A stretch of DNA of 64,000 bases from NCBI GenBank assembly GCA_013265495.1, contig MU061464.1:1568442-1632441 (forward strand), in the 5' to 3' direction. The position numbers and the translations under genes are program-made. Shown piece by piece: positions 37,350 to 49,388 of the stretch. The stretch is from Vicugna vicugna. Lineage: Eukaryota. The notes beneath the pieces are model-generated. The model worked only from the letters and a program-made list of their open reading frames with translations, was not told where the DNA came from and searched no databases. How positions within the stretch are numbered: position 1 is the first letter of the stretch; the number at the start of each line of letters is the position of its first letter.

Positions 37350-38683
37350 GAGAATCTTTAATTTTTACTTTTCACAGGGGACAAAGGAGCTTTTTCTGAA
37401 ACTTGAGCTTGGGATCCCAAGTGGGGTTTGGGACAGTAGGCCTATGTCAGTGTCTGTAGCTTAAGCTGCTCCTGGGGCCTCGGCCAGAGGCTTGACTCCT
37501 GGGTGAACCGGTAAGGTTAGCTGTTCTAGGGCCTCCTCCGACTGCTTTGACCCCCACCAGCTGCCCCCACATCCCCAGCCACCTGTTACAGGGGGTGTTC
37601 CAGAGCGAGAACGCATGCCTGCTCCTAACCGGTCCTGAAAATGCACGCTCTGCTGACTCAGTGGTGCCTTTGTTACAAACAGGGCCACTCAGCTCTGCCT
37701 GTCTTGAGAAGTGGAAACGAAGTGAGTCATCATCAGTAAAGCATCATCACTGAGACTTATTAACACGTAGCTTTATGTTACAGCATCTTGGGAAATTTTC
37801 ACCTTTCAGGAGTCTTTTGGCAAAATGATGTGTAAAGTGACGTCTTCAGGAATGTAATGGAGAAGGCGGGTGGCTGGTCTGTGTGCTGCTTTGAAAGCCC
37901 TGTTAGATGCGTCTGAGTGCTTTGGACAGCCAACACTGCAAACGCCAACCCGGACTGACTTGGACGAGAGGGACGTCTGTTACTTCACACAGCAGGAGAT
38001 CCAAAGGCAGGTGGGCTCCAAGTGGGTCGGGTCAGGGCTCTGCTGCGTCTCTCGCTGACTCTCTTTGCCTGGCCCAGCCCCTGCGTCAGCTTTACCCTTG
38101 CCCGGGAGCACGATGGCTGCTGCTTGGCCAGTTTCAAATCGAAACATGACAACGTTCACAGGAAGAAGAGTCTTATTTCTTCTTGCTCCTCTTTCTTGGA
38201 AGCAAGGCAATCTTTCCCCAAACCCCTTCAACAGATTTCTCATTTCACTGGACATAATGGGATCACCCGCCTGGTCCTAAACCAGTCGATGAGGTGCCTG
38301 GGATTGGCTTAAACAGAATTCACTCATGCAGCCCACCCGCTGAATCACAGGGGCAGAGACAGATGGCTGAGCAGAATCAGGGCCCTGTCAGGAAGAACCT
38401 GGAGGGAACAGCCTGGGGGGAAGGACGATGGACCTTGAGGAAGCAGCGAGCCAGCTTTGCCATCGAATCCTTGTCTCACTGAGTGAGCACGGCATTGCCA
38501 CATGCTTTATCCTCTCCAGACAACATTACTCAACAGTTTACTCTGCAGAATTTTCTATCAGATTCTTACATGAAGCATCATTTTTCTCTGACCGCCGACT
38601 GCAATCTTGTTTCTTTTTCCCTTAGCAGAGACCACAATGGAAATCCTACTATAAAAACACTCGAGGGCTATCAAAGGATCGAA

Positions 38684-39231
38684 CCATATAAGGTGCTAGG
38701 GACCTTTTTATTTTAAATAAGAAACAAAACTATTTATACTCTTGCAAAGAGTCTGCCCTATTTTAGTAAATATTTGGCAAGGCTTCTTGATTAAAAGAGC
38801 AAGCTCACCCTTGTTCTGCAGGGTTGTTTTGCTATAACTGGAATCGTTCATTAATTTTCTGAAAATAGAAGCAGCAAGTGCATGTTCTTTTGCTCTGTGA
38901 GTCACGTGGTGCTTACTTGTGACTTGTTTTAAGCCGTATTTGCTCAGGCGTCATTGGTCAGGTGTCTCTTAAACCTTGGTCCTAATCAGACCCCATTCTG
39001 AGTCCCAGTCACCAAATGGTACAACTGGAAAATGATCTCCTGTGGATGGAGCAAAGATGCATTAACCTGGCCCTGGAGACTGTGCTGTGTTTGACAGTGT
39101 GTTCACACTGGACTTCAGAGGCCCTGGATTTGGTAACAAGCCCCAACTGTTTTGAGAAACAGCGATCCCTCGGCTTATTAAACAGCGCGCATTCTGACAG
39201 AAGACGCCGAGTACCCTGTGTTTCTGACTCA
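38684..39231. promoter_or_regulatory. Enhancer-like cluster: CArG CCATATAAGG, overlapping AP-1/E-box TGAGTCACGTG, second AP-1
   Basis: Exact motifs at 38684-93, 38898-38908 and 39225-31 in apparently unique sequence. Confidence 0.4.
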
Positions 39232-40115
39232 GTGGCAGTTGATTCATTTTGTGGTGCGGGACATGTAGGAAGCGCTCCAGGCCCGAGCACCTTCGCTTCT
39301 TTAGAGGCACCCTCTTGCCAGCCGACTTTGGAACGGTGTGGTACAGCTGCAAGGGGTGTTTTTAAGTCATTCTCAGACATTTTGTAGGACAGCCACACCA
39401 CTCAGAAACTATCCAAGATGCTGCACAACAGTTGGGCTGAGGCTGGCCAGCAGGCTGGGTACGGGATTTGGACACAGCTTGCCATGTGTCCTCGTCACAG
39501 TAAAATGTGGCTCTGCCTCCAGCCCCCATCACCCAGCCTCTGGTCTGGGCAGATAGCTTCTGACCCTAAATCAAAACTGCTTAAAAGAGAAGTTATCAGT
39601 AGAGACTGAGGGACGGATTTAGAATCCTAAAACTTGAGGGCTGGAAACTGCCTTAAAGATCACCTAGTTCAACGTCATCACTTAGATGAGTGATGTGAGG
39701 TGAGCCCCCTGCCCAGCGTCACATGGCTGGTGTCCTGTTTATGTGTCATTCCCTGGTCCCTTGCTGCTTCCTTCTTGCTACTGGGAAACCCAAACTCCAG
39801 CCGAGTCCGGAACACGCTGGTTGCTTCTGGTGCATCACCACTAAGCTAGCTAAAAAGTGAGAAAAGTGAAGGTCCCCGTCCTGGTAGGGCCAGGGGGTGG
39901 CCACAGCTCAGCACAGGGCATGGCATGGGATGAGAGGTCAGCAGGAGCACCCATTGTCAGGAAGCAAAGTGACACAGCCGAATGAGCTCCCAGCCAGCAG
40001 TAGGTAAGACGTTTCTAGTTCTAGCCAAGTTGCTCACCTCAATCCCTGTTCCCCTGCCTCCCCAGAAGCGGTTTTCGTGTGTGACAGGCAGCGCCTTGCT
40101 GGCTACCACTTTGCA

Positions 40116-40270
40116 GCAGAGCTTCTCAAACAGTAAAGTGCACACAGATCCCCTGGGGGTCTTGTTAAAATGCGGCCTGTGTCCACAGATCAGACGTGGA
40201 GCCTGCGATACGGCATTTCTAAAAGCTCCCAGGTGATGCAGATGCTGCTGATTGAAGGATCCCCCGTCCC
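40116..40270. mobile_element. MER5-type MITE
   Basis: CAGAGCTTCTCAAAC...GATCCCCTGGGGGTCTTGTTAAAATGC...GCATTTCTAAAAGCTCCCAGGTGATGCAGATGCTGCTG. Confidence 0.75.
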
Positions 40271-43149
40271 CTGCTGCCCCCAACTCCCACTGCAACCCTT
40301 CTGATCTGCTGTGCAGCGTAAGGGCAGCATCGGCCATCAGGCCGACAGCGACCGCCAAGCCCCTTGGACTGTCCGGCCGCAGCCCCTATAAGGCAGTGCA
40401 GATCAGGGACGTGCTGTTGCTGCAGACTTTGCAGAAAGATCTCTTTTGATGTCTAGTTTCAGGGTCATGCATGTTGTTTACTGAGCTGAGCCTTCAGTCT
40501 CAGGGTAATCTCACAATTTGCTCTATGCCGTTTTGCAGATCTGGAGCCTATGACGCCAGCATTTAAAGCCCCTGCCCTAACACCTGGCTCCGGTCCCCAG
40601 CAGTTCATGCCTTCAGGCCACAGCTGGGCCGGGCCCAGAGGGTGCTGGGGTGGGGGGGCAGGTGAATGAAAAATTCACCTCTCGGGCTGGGAGCCAAGTT
40701 GTGTTTAAGACAGTTTCTGGCCACCTTCCGAGCTTCGATGTGGACGGGGCACGAGTGAAAGCAGGGACGTGAGCAAAGTCTAGCGGAGCAGCCGGGGGAC
40801 CTGAACAGGAAAGAGGCTTGACAGCGAAGTGAGTTTGTGTTTGAGGGGAGCTGCACAAGGCCGAGCTGAGAGGACTTACCCGGCTTTGACAGAAGTGAGT
40901 GGGTTCGTGGGCGCCTGAAAACTCACTCTGGGTCCTTCTGGGAGCCAGGAAGTCAGGAGAGTTTGGCATTTAAGGATGATTTCTTGGCCCAGGAATGGGG
41001 TCCAGTGATGGCCAGGAGGAGGTCTACTGCCCACTGCCAGCGCTTTGTTTCTTCAGACAGTCTAGCGGTCAGCAAACGGTACCAAGGTTTGGGCCAAGAA
41101 ATGAGAACTGAAGAACACAGGAGACCACAGGTGATCCCTGCTTTCACCTCAAACTCAGCTCGCCTGCCGCCCGCCCTCCCCGCGCCTGCCCCGCCTGGGG
41201 AGGGCAGAGGCTGTGTCTCCCCAGGGTCCAGCTCCCATCACAGCCTGATCCCGGTAAACCCTTGGCTGTGTGCTTCTGGAATGAGAACTAAGGATGGGTG
41301 GAGAAGAGGGGAAGGAGGAAGAGGGAACCGAGGAAGAGGAAAGGAGAGAGAGACTGAGCAAAGCTTTGGGAAGCCGGCTTTGTGTCTCCAAGAACGTTTT
41401 ACAAAATCCTTCCAGCCCAGGAGCTATTAAATGGCTCTGCTTTCCAGTTTAGCTTGAATGCACGTGTGCAGTAAAACTAAATGATGTCTGGGTCTCAGTA
41501 AAGCGTAACTGTCTGCAAGGCATCGGCTGTGGCCACCAAGCTTCACCTAAATGTGGGAGGAAGACCTGGCTGCCTCATTTCTGCTGGGTGTTGATTCCCT
41601 TGGCGTCTGAAGCGGGGGGATGAAGCAGACAGGGCCATGCCAGGGCGGATGCTGTCCCCCTTTCACAGAACCAAGAGGGCCTGACTCCTCAACTGGCCAC
41701 CTCCACGGAGAGAAGAGAGCCGCCAGGCTGAGGGGCCAGCTGGCGCTGCGCTCCCCAAACTTACAGCGGGGAGACTTATTTCAGCCGTGCTCCCCGGGGC
41801 AGCGGGTGCCTGAGCTGCTCTATGTTGCCGATCTTCAAGTTCACAGCCGAGCTGCCCCACACGGGTTGTCTCACGCCCGGTGCTGCTTGCAGTGCTGGCT
41901 GTGGAAGCGCCCGAGCCCCCGGCAGGACTAGGTCAGGAGGACGTGCCAAGATGAGAAAAGGCTCACGTAGGCCTGCATTTCCAGCAGCCTGGGGGCTCCC
42001 CTTGTCCCCAGACTTCGCTGCAATGACGGTTGTCATTGAAACGGTTGTGGGAAGCATTGCCTTGGCACTCACGCCGCCACCAGGGAGAGGGCACCTCAGT
42101 TCCCAACTCATTTGTAGGACCAGAAACCTAAGTTTTAAATGTCACCATTCCTGCGGGAACAAGATGTGACTATGGGCCCAAACTGTAACCTTTGGCCTGG
42201 TGTTCTATGCTCTTACAGGACTGAAATCGTTGCTTGCACCCTGCTTGGTGCACTTGGTGCCTGCATGACTCTGTGGAGTCCTTTAAAGCACTTCTGAAAA
42301 TAGAGAGTGTGCGTGGTGCCTTTGTAACATATCCACTCAGCCACAGTGAAGCCGTCTCCACAGTCCTCTTCCCTGCGTGTCCCAGGTGAGGCTGGGGAGG
42401 GAACGTGAGACAGCAGCCATTGTAATGCCCTGAAGGTCAGGTAGGCACCAGGTACCCGGTCAGCCAGCGTGTGTGGTTAGCCTCTGGCAGCCTACCTTGT
42501 TAGTGTGGGATCCCAGCTCCTCCAGGGCCTGGGCCGGGTATGTGTGCACCTCTGACAAAGGGCGTGAGCTGCTTTGCAAGCCGCCTACATCCTCAAGGCT
42601 GGAGAAGGGGAGACAGACATGGGTGCCGGCTGTCCTCAGGAGTTCCCACCTGTCTCTGTTCTCCCTCGTTGCACATCCAGTTTACAGTCCCTGCTGGTCC
42701 CTGGTGACTCCGATCCCCACACCAGAGGCAGACACTACAGTCTTGCACAGACTTCTCCATCAGGTCCCACATTGCTTCCGTTCTAATCCACATTTTAAAA
42801 ACTCTCATTATGTATTACCAGTAGTGGGTCAGCTTTTCTGATTGAATTCTGGCTGATGCAACGCACAGAGCCAGCTCTCTGGCACAGACTTGCAAAGATA
42901 ATGTGAATAAACGACGGCTGAAAACGTCCGGCCCTCGCTTCCATTGTTAGTTTGCTGTCCCCTTTCTCAGCGGGAACAGTCATTGAGAGTGTTGACCAAG
43001 CTGGCTGCTTTTAGCACACCCTCCTTGTACTTCCTCTCTTCCTTCTCTCCATTGTAAATGTTCCTGTGGTTTCCACGGCCTGACCCCACTCCCAGGAGAG
43101 GACCTGCTCCCTGGAAAAGGCCAGGGCCCGGCTGATGTGATCCCCCACA

Positions 43150-43480
43150 CCTCACAGTGTCCCTCCATCCCCGTTTCCCTCCTCCACATCCCTCAGAGCA
43201 ACAGCTGGGCTCCCTTACCCATGCTGAGCCCTCGTCCTGGTCGCCCTCATCCTGCGTGCGTCATCTTTCTCTCCGTCTCTTCCATCATTCTCTCCCTTTC
43301 CAGGGAATCCCTCCTTCTGCCTTCAGACATAGGCAAGTCACCCATCCCATTGCTAAAAGCATCCTTTTTTGACCCTGCTGCCTTACCCTCCTGTCTCTTT
43401 GCCCTCCCTCAAACTCCCTGCAAGGGAAACGTGTCTCTGCCTCCCCAATACCTCTTTTCTTATTTGGTCCTTTAAAGCAG
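43150..43480 (+). mobile_element. L2 fragment (pyrimidine-rich)
   Basis: CTCCTTCTGCCTTCAGACATAGGCAAGTCACCCATCCCATTGCTAAAAG...AAACTCCCTGCAAG...GTCTCTGCCTCCCCAATACCTC. Confidence 0.5.
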
Positions 43481-43689
43481 ACTTGGATCCTCGCCTTCGA
43501 CACCAGTGGTTCTCAGCCTTGGCTGCACATAGCAGTCACCTGGGGCCTGGGATGCTGTTCAAGTGGGGCGATTTTTATAAGCCAAAGCAATTTAAGCCAA
43601 AGCAATTTAAGAAAGGGAGAACAAGGAACATGTTTGCCTTCCTACAAATTTTAAAGCTTCCAGGTAAAACATTTTGTTATTAAACTAAT

Positions 43690-44255
43690 GGATACATTTT
43701 GCATATTAGTACCCAGTGCTGGTGACAGCAAGCTCCTCACTCACTGCTAAATGACTTGGTAACAAGATACAATCTCTTGGGAACACAATCTAGCAAACTG
43801 TATCCAGAGGCATGGGGATGGACATACGATTTGACTCACTATTTGTAAACCGAGAAATTGATCTAAGGGAGCAATTCAAATTATGAAATAAGCTGAAGTC
43901 CTCAAAATTGTTCATTGCGGCGTTGTGTATAATAGAAATTGGAAACAAGCTAAGTAACCAAAAAAAAAAAAAAAAGAAAAATGACTGTTTTTATGATGCA
44001 TTCAGTGGTTGGAATATTAACGTATAACGAACACTTTACTCATTCGTATAGAATGGAGACGGACAGAAAGCGCCTATGACGCAGTAAGTAGCCAGAAAGC
44101 CCCCGACACGACGCGTAACTAGGACGTAGCGGAGAGTCAGCAAGGACGCCGCGCAGACCAGGCCCGGCCTGAACCGCCGTGCGGCCCTTCAGGTGCCAAT
44201 TTCACGTTTTCATAATGAATTCTAGTATTGACTTGGAAATCTGGGTAAATAATCT
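43690..44255 (+). mobile_element. L1ME-type 3' fragment running into the CpG island
   Basis: CCAGTGCTGGTGA, AATTGTTCATTGCGGCGTTGTGTATAATAGAAATTGGAAACAAGCTAAG and TTTTCATAATGAATTCTAGTATTGACTTGGAAATC terminus. Confidence 0.55.
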
Positions 44256-45400
44256 TTAAAACACCCTGTCTTAAAAACAAGATGAAAGGCACTTCCAGCC
44301 CTCTGGAGGTTTTCAGTTTGCTTCAGCTGGCTTTTCCGAACCCGCCTGGAAGCAACGCCGGCAAGCGGGTCCTGTGCTGCTGCCGCTGCGCTCCCGCAGC
44401 CCCTCCGCCTGGCGCGCGGGGCCCCCTCTGCTCGCCTTTCCGCTTCGCTGGCAGCACGCTTCTCCGGGGAACTGTCTTTTTCTCGAGGCAAAAGGAGATG
44501 TTCAGGCTTGCAGCTGAAAGCTGATGCCAGGGGTGACCCTGAGGGACTTCGTTCTCAGCTTTTCCTGGATTCCCGGATTGGGTTCGTGGTCTCCGCTTGG
44601 CCCGGGGGACGGGGCTTTGGGGTAGAAGAGAAGAATTACAGTGAAGCCACGAGACTCTCATCCAATGAGAGAAATACACCCCACAGGGAAACAAACCAGC
44701 GACTGGTTGGAAAGAAAGGTGGCCTCTGAGGGCCGCAGGAAAAGCCGAGACGGAGGCGCTCGCCGCGCCCGCCCGCCAGGACCGGGCCGAGCGCGAGCGG
44801 GGGCCGCTGCACGCGAGCGTCCCACGAGGGCGAAGGGGGCGCTGAGCGAGGAGAAGAGGGGCCGGACGGTGTCCCCCGTGACCTGAACGCCCCGCGTTTC
44901 ACGGGGACAGCGGCGCGTTCAGGTCACGGGGGACACCGCGTCCTGCTGGGACACCGCTTCGCCCTCGGAGCGGAACTGACCGGCCTGTCACCTCCCCCCA
45001 CTCCCACCTCTGCTTTCTGGCGAGGACGCCTTGCGGGCCTGGCTCGGCGAGCAGGTTGAAACTCGCTTTCACTGACCGAACTGAGAGTGTCTCACTACTT
45101 GGCGCTCAAAAGGGACAGATTTCTATTTCCTTCATTTTTTGGAAAAAGCCTCACTTCCCGAAGCTTGATTCCTCTCAAGCCCGCTGTGCTTTCCCTCGGA
45201 AGCCTAGGGTTGTGGAAGAGAGACCCTGCGTGTCCCCCTTCGCCGCGCCCAGCTCGAGTCTGCAACGTCCTGTTTGACAAGCTCAGGCTCTGTTTACTTG
45301 CGGGGCTCAGGGGTCCACCTGCGTTCAGCTTCCATCGGAGGGCCACGGGCAGGTGCGTGAGGTGCGGCCGGGAAGTGCCGCACAGCGTTCGGCGGGGAGC
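44050..45400. promoter_or_regulatory. CpG island 4, promoter-like
   Basis: Dense CpG, ATF/CRE-like TGACGCA near 44077, CCAAT within a CTCTCAT-CCA-ATGAGAG mini-palindrome (44655-71), GC boxes, and a CTCF-like 3' half AGGGGGCGCTG at about 44834-44. Confidence 0.75.
44867..44938. repeat. Perfect 24-bp inverted repeat with 24-nt spacer
   Basis: CGGTGTCCCCCGTGACCTGAACGC (44867-90) is the exact reverse complement of GCGTTCAGGTCACGGGGGACACCG (44915-38). Confidence 0.95.
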
Positions 45401-47329
45401 AGATCTGCAGAAACACACCTGCTTGTCCGTGCACACTTTGGAAGCCTTTCTCATGAAGGAGAGCCATGTGTTTACGTGGCCTTTGGGAACAGCTTAAAGT
45501 TTGGGATCAATTAGTTAAAGTGATGTATGCTGCACCATTTTCTACTTCAAATTACAGGAGCGTTTACGTGAAATCTGCAGAATATTCTAAGTGCAGCGTC
45601 CTGAACTTCCTTTATACTCGGGCCCATCCTGTCGGGCGTGCTCTGGAGACAGAGGGCAGGGGGGTGGCCCACGAGGCAGCTACCACCGCTCCGAGCCAAT
45701 CGGGACAAACCTCTGACCTGCAGGATAAAGGAAAGGCACACTGGGGACATTAGAAGGGAAGGCAGTCAACACTGACCTCTCTATGCAGCATCTGTTTACC
45801 CCTCACACTTCCTTAAGGAGGGTTTCCTGGGGGCCTCAGAGCCACACTGGGCTGAAGGTCGGCGTTGGTGCTGTGTTTGCATTTACAATACAGTGAAGGG
45901 ACTGGCAGGAAACTCACTGAGACACATTAACAGCGAGCGTGGGGAGGCAGAAGGAAACTGAGGCAGTCATCGGCAAAGGTCTAACGTGGGGCTTGGACTC
46001 AGAGCCAAGGTTCCCGGGCTTGGGTGTGCTCTTCCGAAGTCTAAGGTGACTTTTTAGGAGGTAAGTGTGAGCGTGGGTGTGTGGGTGGGTCTCGGTGGTG
46101 TCCCGTTAGGGCTCGTGCTGAGGATCCAGACAGCGCAAAGTCCTTCCTGGTTGTGCCAGAAACTCACCGCATGAGTTTGGGAAAGGAGCCTTCTTTCTCT
46201 GTGCCCTGCGTCACATGGTGCGGAGAGGTCAGCTTAGGGCATCATTAAAGGCTTAGATAATAAACGTTTTCCTTAATCTTTTAAAGGGATCAAATGAAAA
46301 AACATGTAAGTAGAGAGAAGCAAAGTCAGTGAATTAGGCTTCCCTTGGAAAATACAGTGCACTTAAGATAAAACATTAGCCAGTGTGTCCTTTATCTTCT
46401 CAAGGAGCTCATCCGCACACAGCTGTGAAAGTCAGATCGTTCTGCCTCCCTGCCTGTTGCTCACCACTGGCTGCCTGTTGCCTACAGAACACAGGCAGGT
46501 CCCTGCGCTCCGCGGCCAGGATCCTCTGTGATCCTGCACTGCCCACCTCTCTGGAGTCAGCTCCCAACCCTCCCCTCCCATGCACTCCCTCTCCAGGGGC
46601 TCCCGAGGGCTTTGCCCAAAGGGGTCGAAGGGACCGCACTGTGGTGGTCACAGCCCTGGAGATGCATCAGCAGACCAAGGTGGTAAGAGGCCTCGTCGGA
46701 CCATCCACCCAAGGTCGATGGCACAGAAACCCAGAAAGCAGCGTCCTTGGCACCCGGCACGATACGACCACTGATCTCTAGCAAATGCTCGCCTCTCACC
46801 TCTCCTCACCCTTGTTCCTGATGCCAGTTTGCTGATGGTGCACAGTCTGCAGGGTTTGCTGAGCGCTCCGGTCCCAGCAGTAACAAAGGGCACAGATTGT
46901 GCAGAGCGGAAACGCACAGGTAGTGAGTGAGCTGCCGTGATGCAACAGCGACCAGGCTGCCGGCAGACTGCCGAGGGCAGGGGTGTAGGGCTTCTGACCC
47001 AGCACCGCCAGGTCCCGCCTCCCCTCCCCGAGGGCCTTGCAGCTGCCACATTTCCTGGTGTTTACCTTCTGGGGTAGGGGCCTCACACCCAAGAACACAC
47101 TTGCTTGTTCTGCACTAGACGTGGCTGGTTTACTCTGGGCAGCCAAGCTGCCTACTTGCCCACAGCCTTCAACTACTTCACAGTCCTACCTTGGATGGGC
47201 TGAGGGCACCCCCGCCAGGTGGACCAGAGAGCAGCCACGTCTCCCTCACCCTCGGATCAGGTGGACAGGTGAGTGAATCGAGAAAGCAGATGTTCACAGC
47301 CACCGCATTCTGGATGGGCCCTGCTCCAC

Positions 47330-47720
47330 CCCTGTACATGTGTTACTGCTTTTAATCCTCTCCCTCGTCTTCCGATGAAGGTGGTGTTGTTCCGTTTTTC
47401 AGATGTGGAAGCTGAAACTCGGCTCAGCACTTTGCTTGAGGTTTTAGCTAGAGGAGGGTGGAGCTGAGATTCAGCCCAGGTCTGATTCCAAAGACTGCTC
47501 GCCTCCATTATGCTGATTCTGCTGTGCTGACATGAGCTCGACGCTCTTCTGAGCACTCTGCATTTAAACCCCACCATGTCTCGAGGAGGAAGGGACTGTT
47601 ATCTCCATCTTACTGAGGAAGAACTAAGGCCCAGAGAGGTTAGGTAACTTGCCTGATGTCACACAGCTAGTAAGTGGCAGACAGGATTCAGCCCGGCAGC
47701 CTGGCTCCAGGACCTGTGCC
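47330..47720 (-). mobile_element. Two tandem MIR SINEs
   Basis: CCGTTTTTCAGATGTGGAAGCTGAAACTCGG and CCATCTTACTGAGGAAGAACTAAGGCCCAGAGAGGTTAGGTAACTTGCCTGATGTCACACAGCTAGTAAGTGGCAGA. Confidence 0.8.
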
Positions 47721-48419
47721 CCTCACCCCCGTGAGCCACAGCCTCTCAGAGTTCCAGCCTTCTGTGTTCGGCACAGACAACTCCGTGAGTGCCTGTCACG
47801 GGCCAGCACAGCACGAAGGCCCCAAGAGAGGAATGTAAGGGAATACGTGTCCTTGGATTCAAGGAGCTTGCGAGGTTCCACTAACAGGTTGAGGGGGCAA
47901 GAGGTCTTTGCAAAGACATGCTGAGGGTCTCGACTACCCTGCATCTCCAGGTTTACTTCTGAAAACTGTAACAGAGTTCCTTGTTGGAAATCTTTACAAT
48001 GCACAGGCCTCTAGGCTGTCAAGGGAGACTGAGAAATAGCAAAAGCCTGCCTTTGGCTTTATCTCCTTAGATAGAGGCGAAATCCACAGTTATGTGGGAT
48101 CTAAGGAGAGCCAAGCTTTTGACACTGTCCAGCTCTGCCTGCGGAGCAAGGCAGTGGCCGGAGCAGAGGATGACTGTGGAAGCTTGACCAGGGGCAGCTC
48201 CGCAGGGACAAGAAAGCCGGGCGCGCCCCGCCAGCGCCCCAGTCTCCAGCGGCAGCGAGGAGGCTCGGTCTAGATGTCTGTTTGGTGTTTCAGTCCCTCT
48301 GGGCCAAGTTGGGGCTGCAGCGAGCACCGGGAGCTGCCGGGACGAGGCACCGGTCTCTGCCCCTGTTCTCCCTGGGGTTCTCTTGGCCAGCCCCTGGCTC
48401 CTAGCGTGTGGTCAGTTAA

Positions 48420-48640
48420 GGATGCGAACCTTGGAGCCAGACAGAGTGGGAATCGAGCCGTGAGACCTGGGGCAAGTTCCTGAGTCCCCTGTGCCCATGG
48501 TTACTTAATCCATAGAATGGGGCTGATAGAAGTCCCTCCTCATAGGACCCTTGTGAGGGTTAAATGCAATAACCGTACAAAATTCAGGGTCTGGCACGTA
48601 GCCAGGGCTCTGTGAATGTTAGCTGTTAATAATAAAGTCC
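48420..48640 (+). mobile_element. MIR SINE
   Basis: ACCTGGGGCAAGTTCC...CCATAGAATGGGGCTGATA...CCTCATAGGACCCTTGTGAGGGTTAAATG...GTGAATGTTAGCTGTTAATAATAA. Confidence 0.8.
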
Positions 48641-49388
48641 CAAGTCAGCTGTTAACTCTTTTCTGAATCCTCCTGCCCTTCTCCGTATCCTCCACCCCAA
48701 TTAACCTCTCCTTTCTCTGGGCTCGTTCGGTGCTTATCTGCACGGTAAGTATGTATCTCTGCCAGGATGACACATCCCATCCTGAACGCACTTGTGTCTG
48801 TCTGTCTTCACCCAGACCGTGAACTTTCACCTGAGGGCTGGGCCTTGCCTCTGTGCCCGCGCGGAGGCACTTTCAGTGCTGGCTGGAGTAACTGTTTAAA
48901 CAGAACCCCTCCTGCTCTGCCTCACTGGCCCCGCAGGCCTCCTCCCCGTGGCTGGAGGCCTGAACAAATGTCTCCGCTGCTCCAGGGAATGGCTTCCTCC
49001 GAAGGCCTTCTTTGCTACCGCATGGGCCTTCATCCAGCAGTGGGACCCGGGTAAGGACACAGGTACAGGAGCTCACAGCCTGCGCCGGGTCGCAGACCAG
49101 GGCAGCAGGGGATGTGTCCGTGCACACGTGCTTCTCCGCCTCCCTGAGTTCCCCGTGTTGCAGCAGTTTCTTAAATCAGCCCTACATTTTTTTCCTCCTC
49201 CAATGTTTCCGGCGTCCCAGCGTTCTCAAAGTTTAACGTGCATGCAAACCACCTGGAGACCTTGCTGGGGTGAGGCCACGGCGCGGCGTTCCTCATCAGC
49301 TCACTCAGCACGTGGGTGACAGGACTGCGCCCGGCTGCCGGGGCGGCCTTCCGATAGCAGAACTCTGACCACGTCACTCTACTGCATC

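Noticed and set aside
39852-39870. AAAAGTGA twice, ISRE/IRF-like
   Set aside because: Lacks the GAAA-NN-GAAA spacing of a canonical ISRE and has no supporting context.
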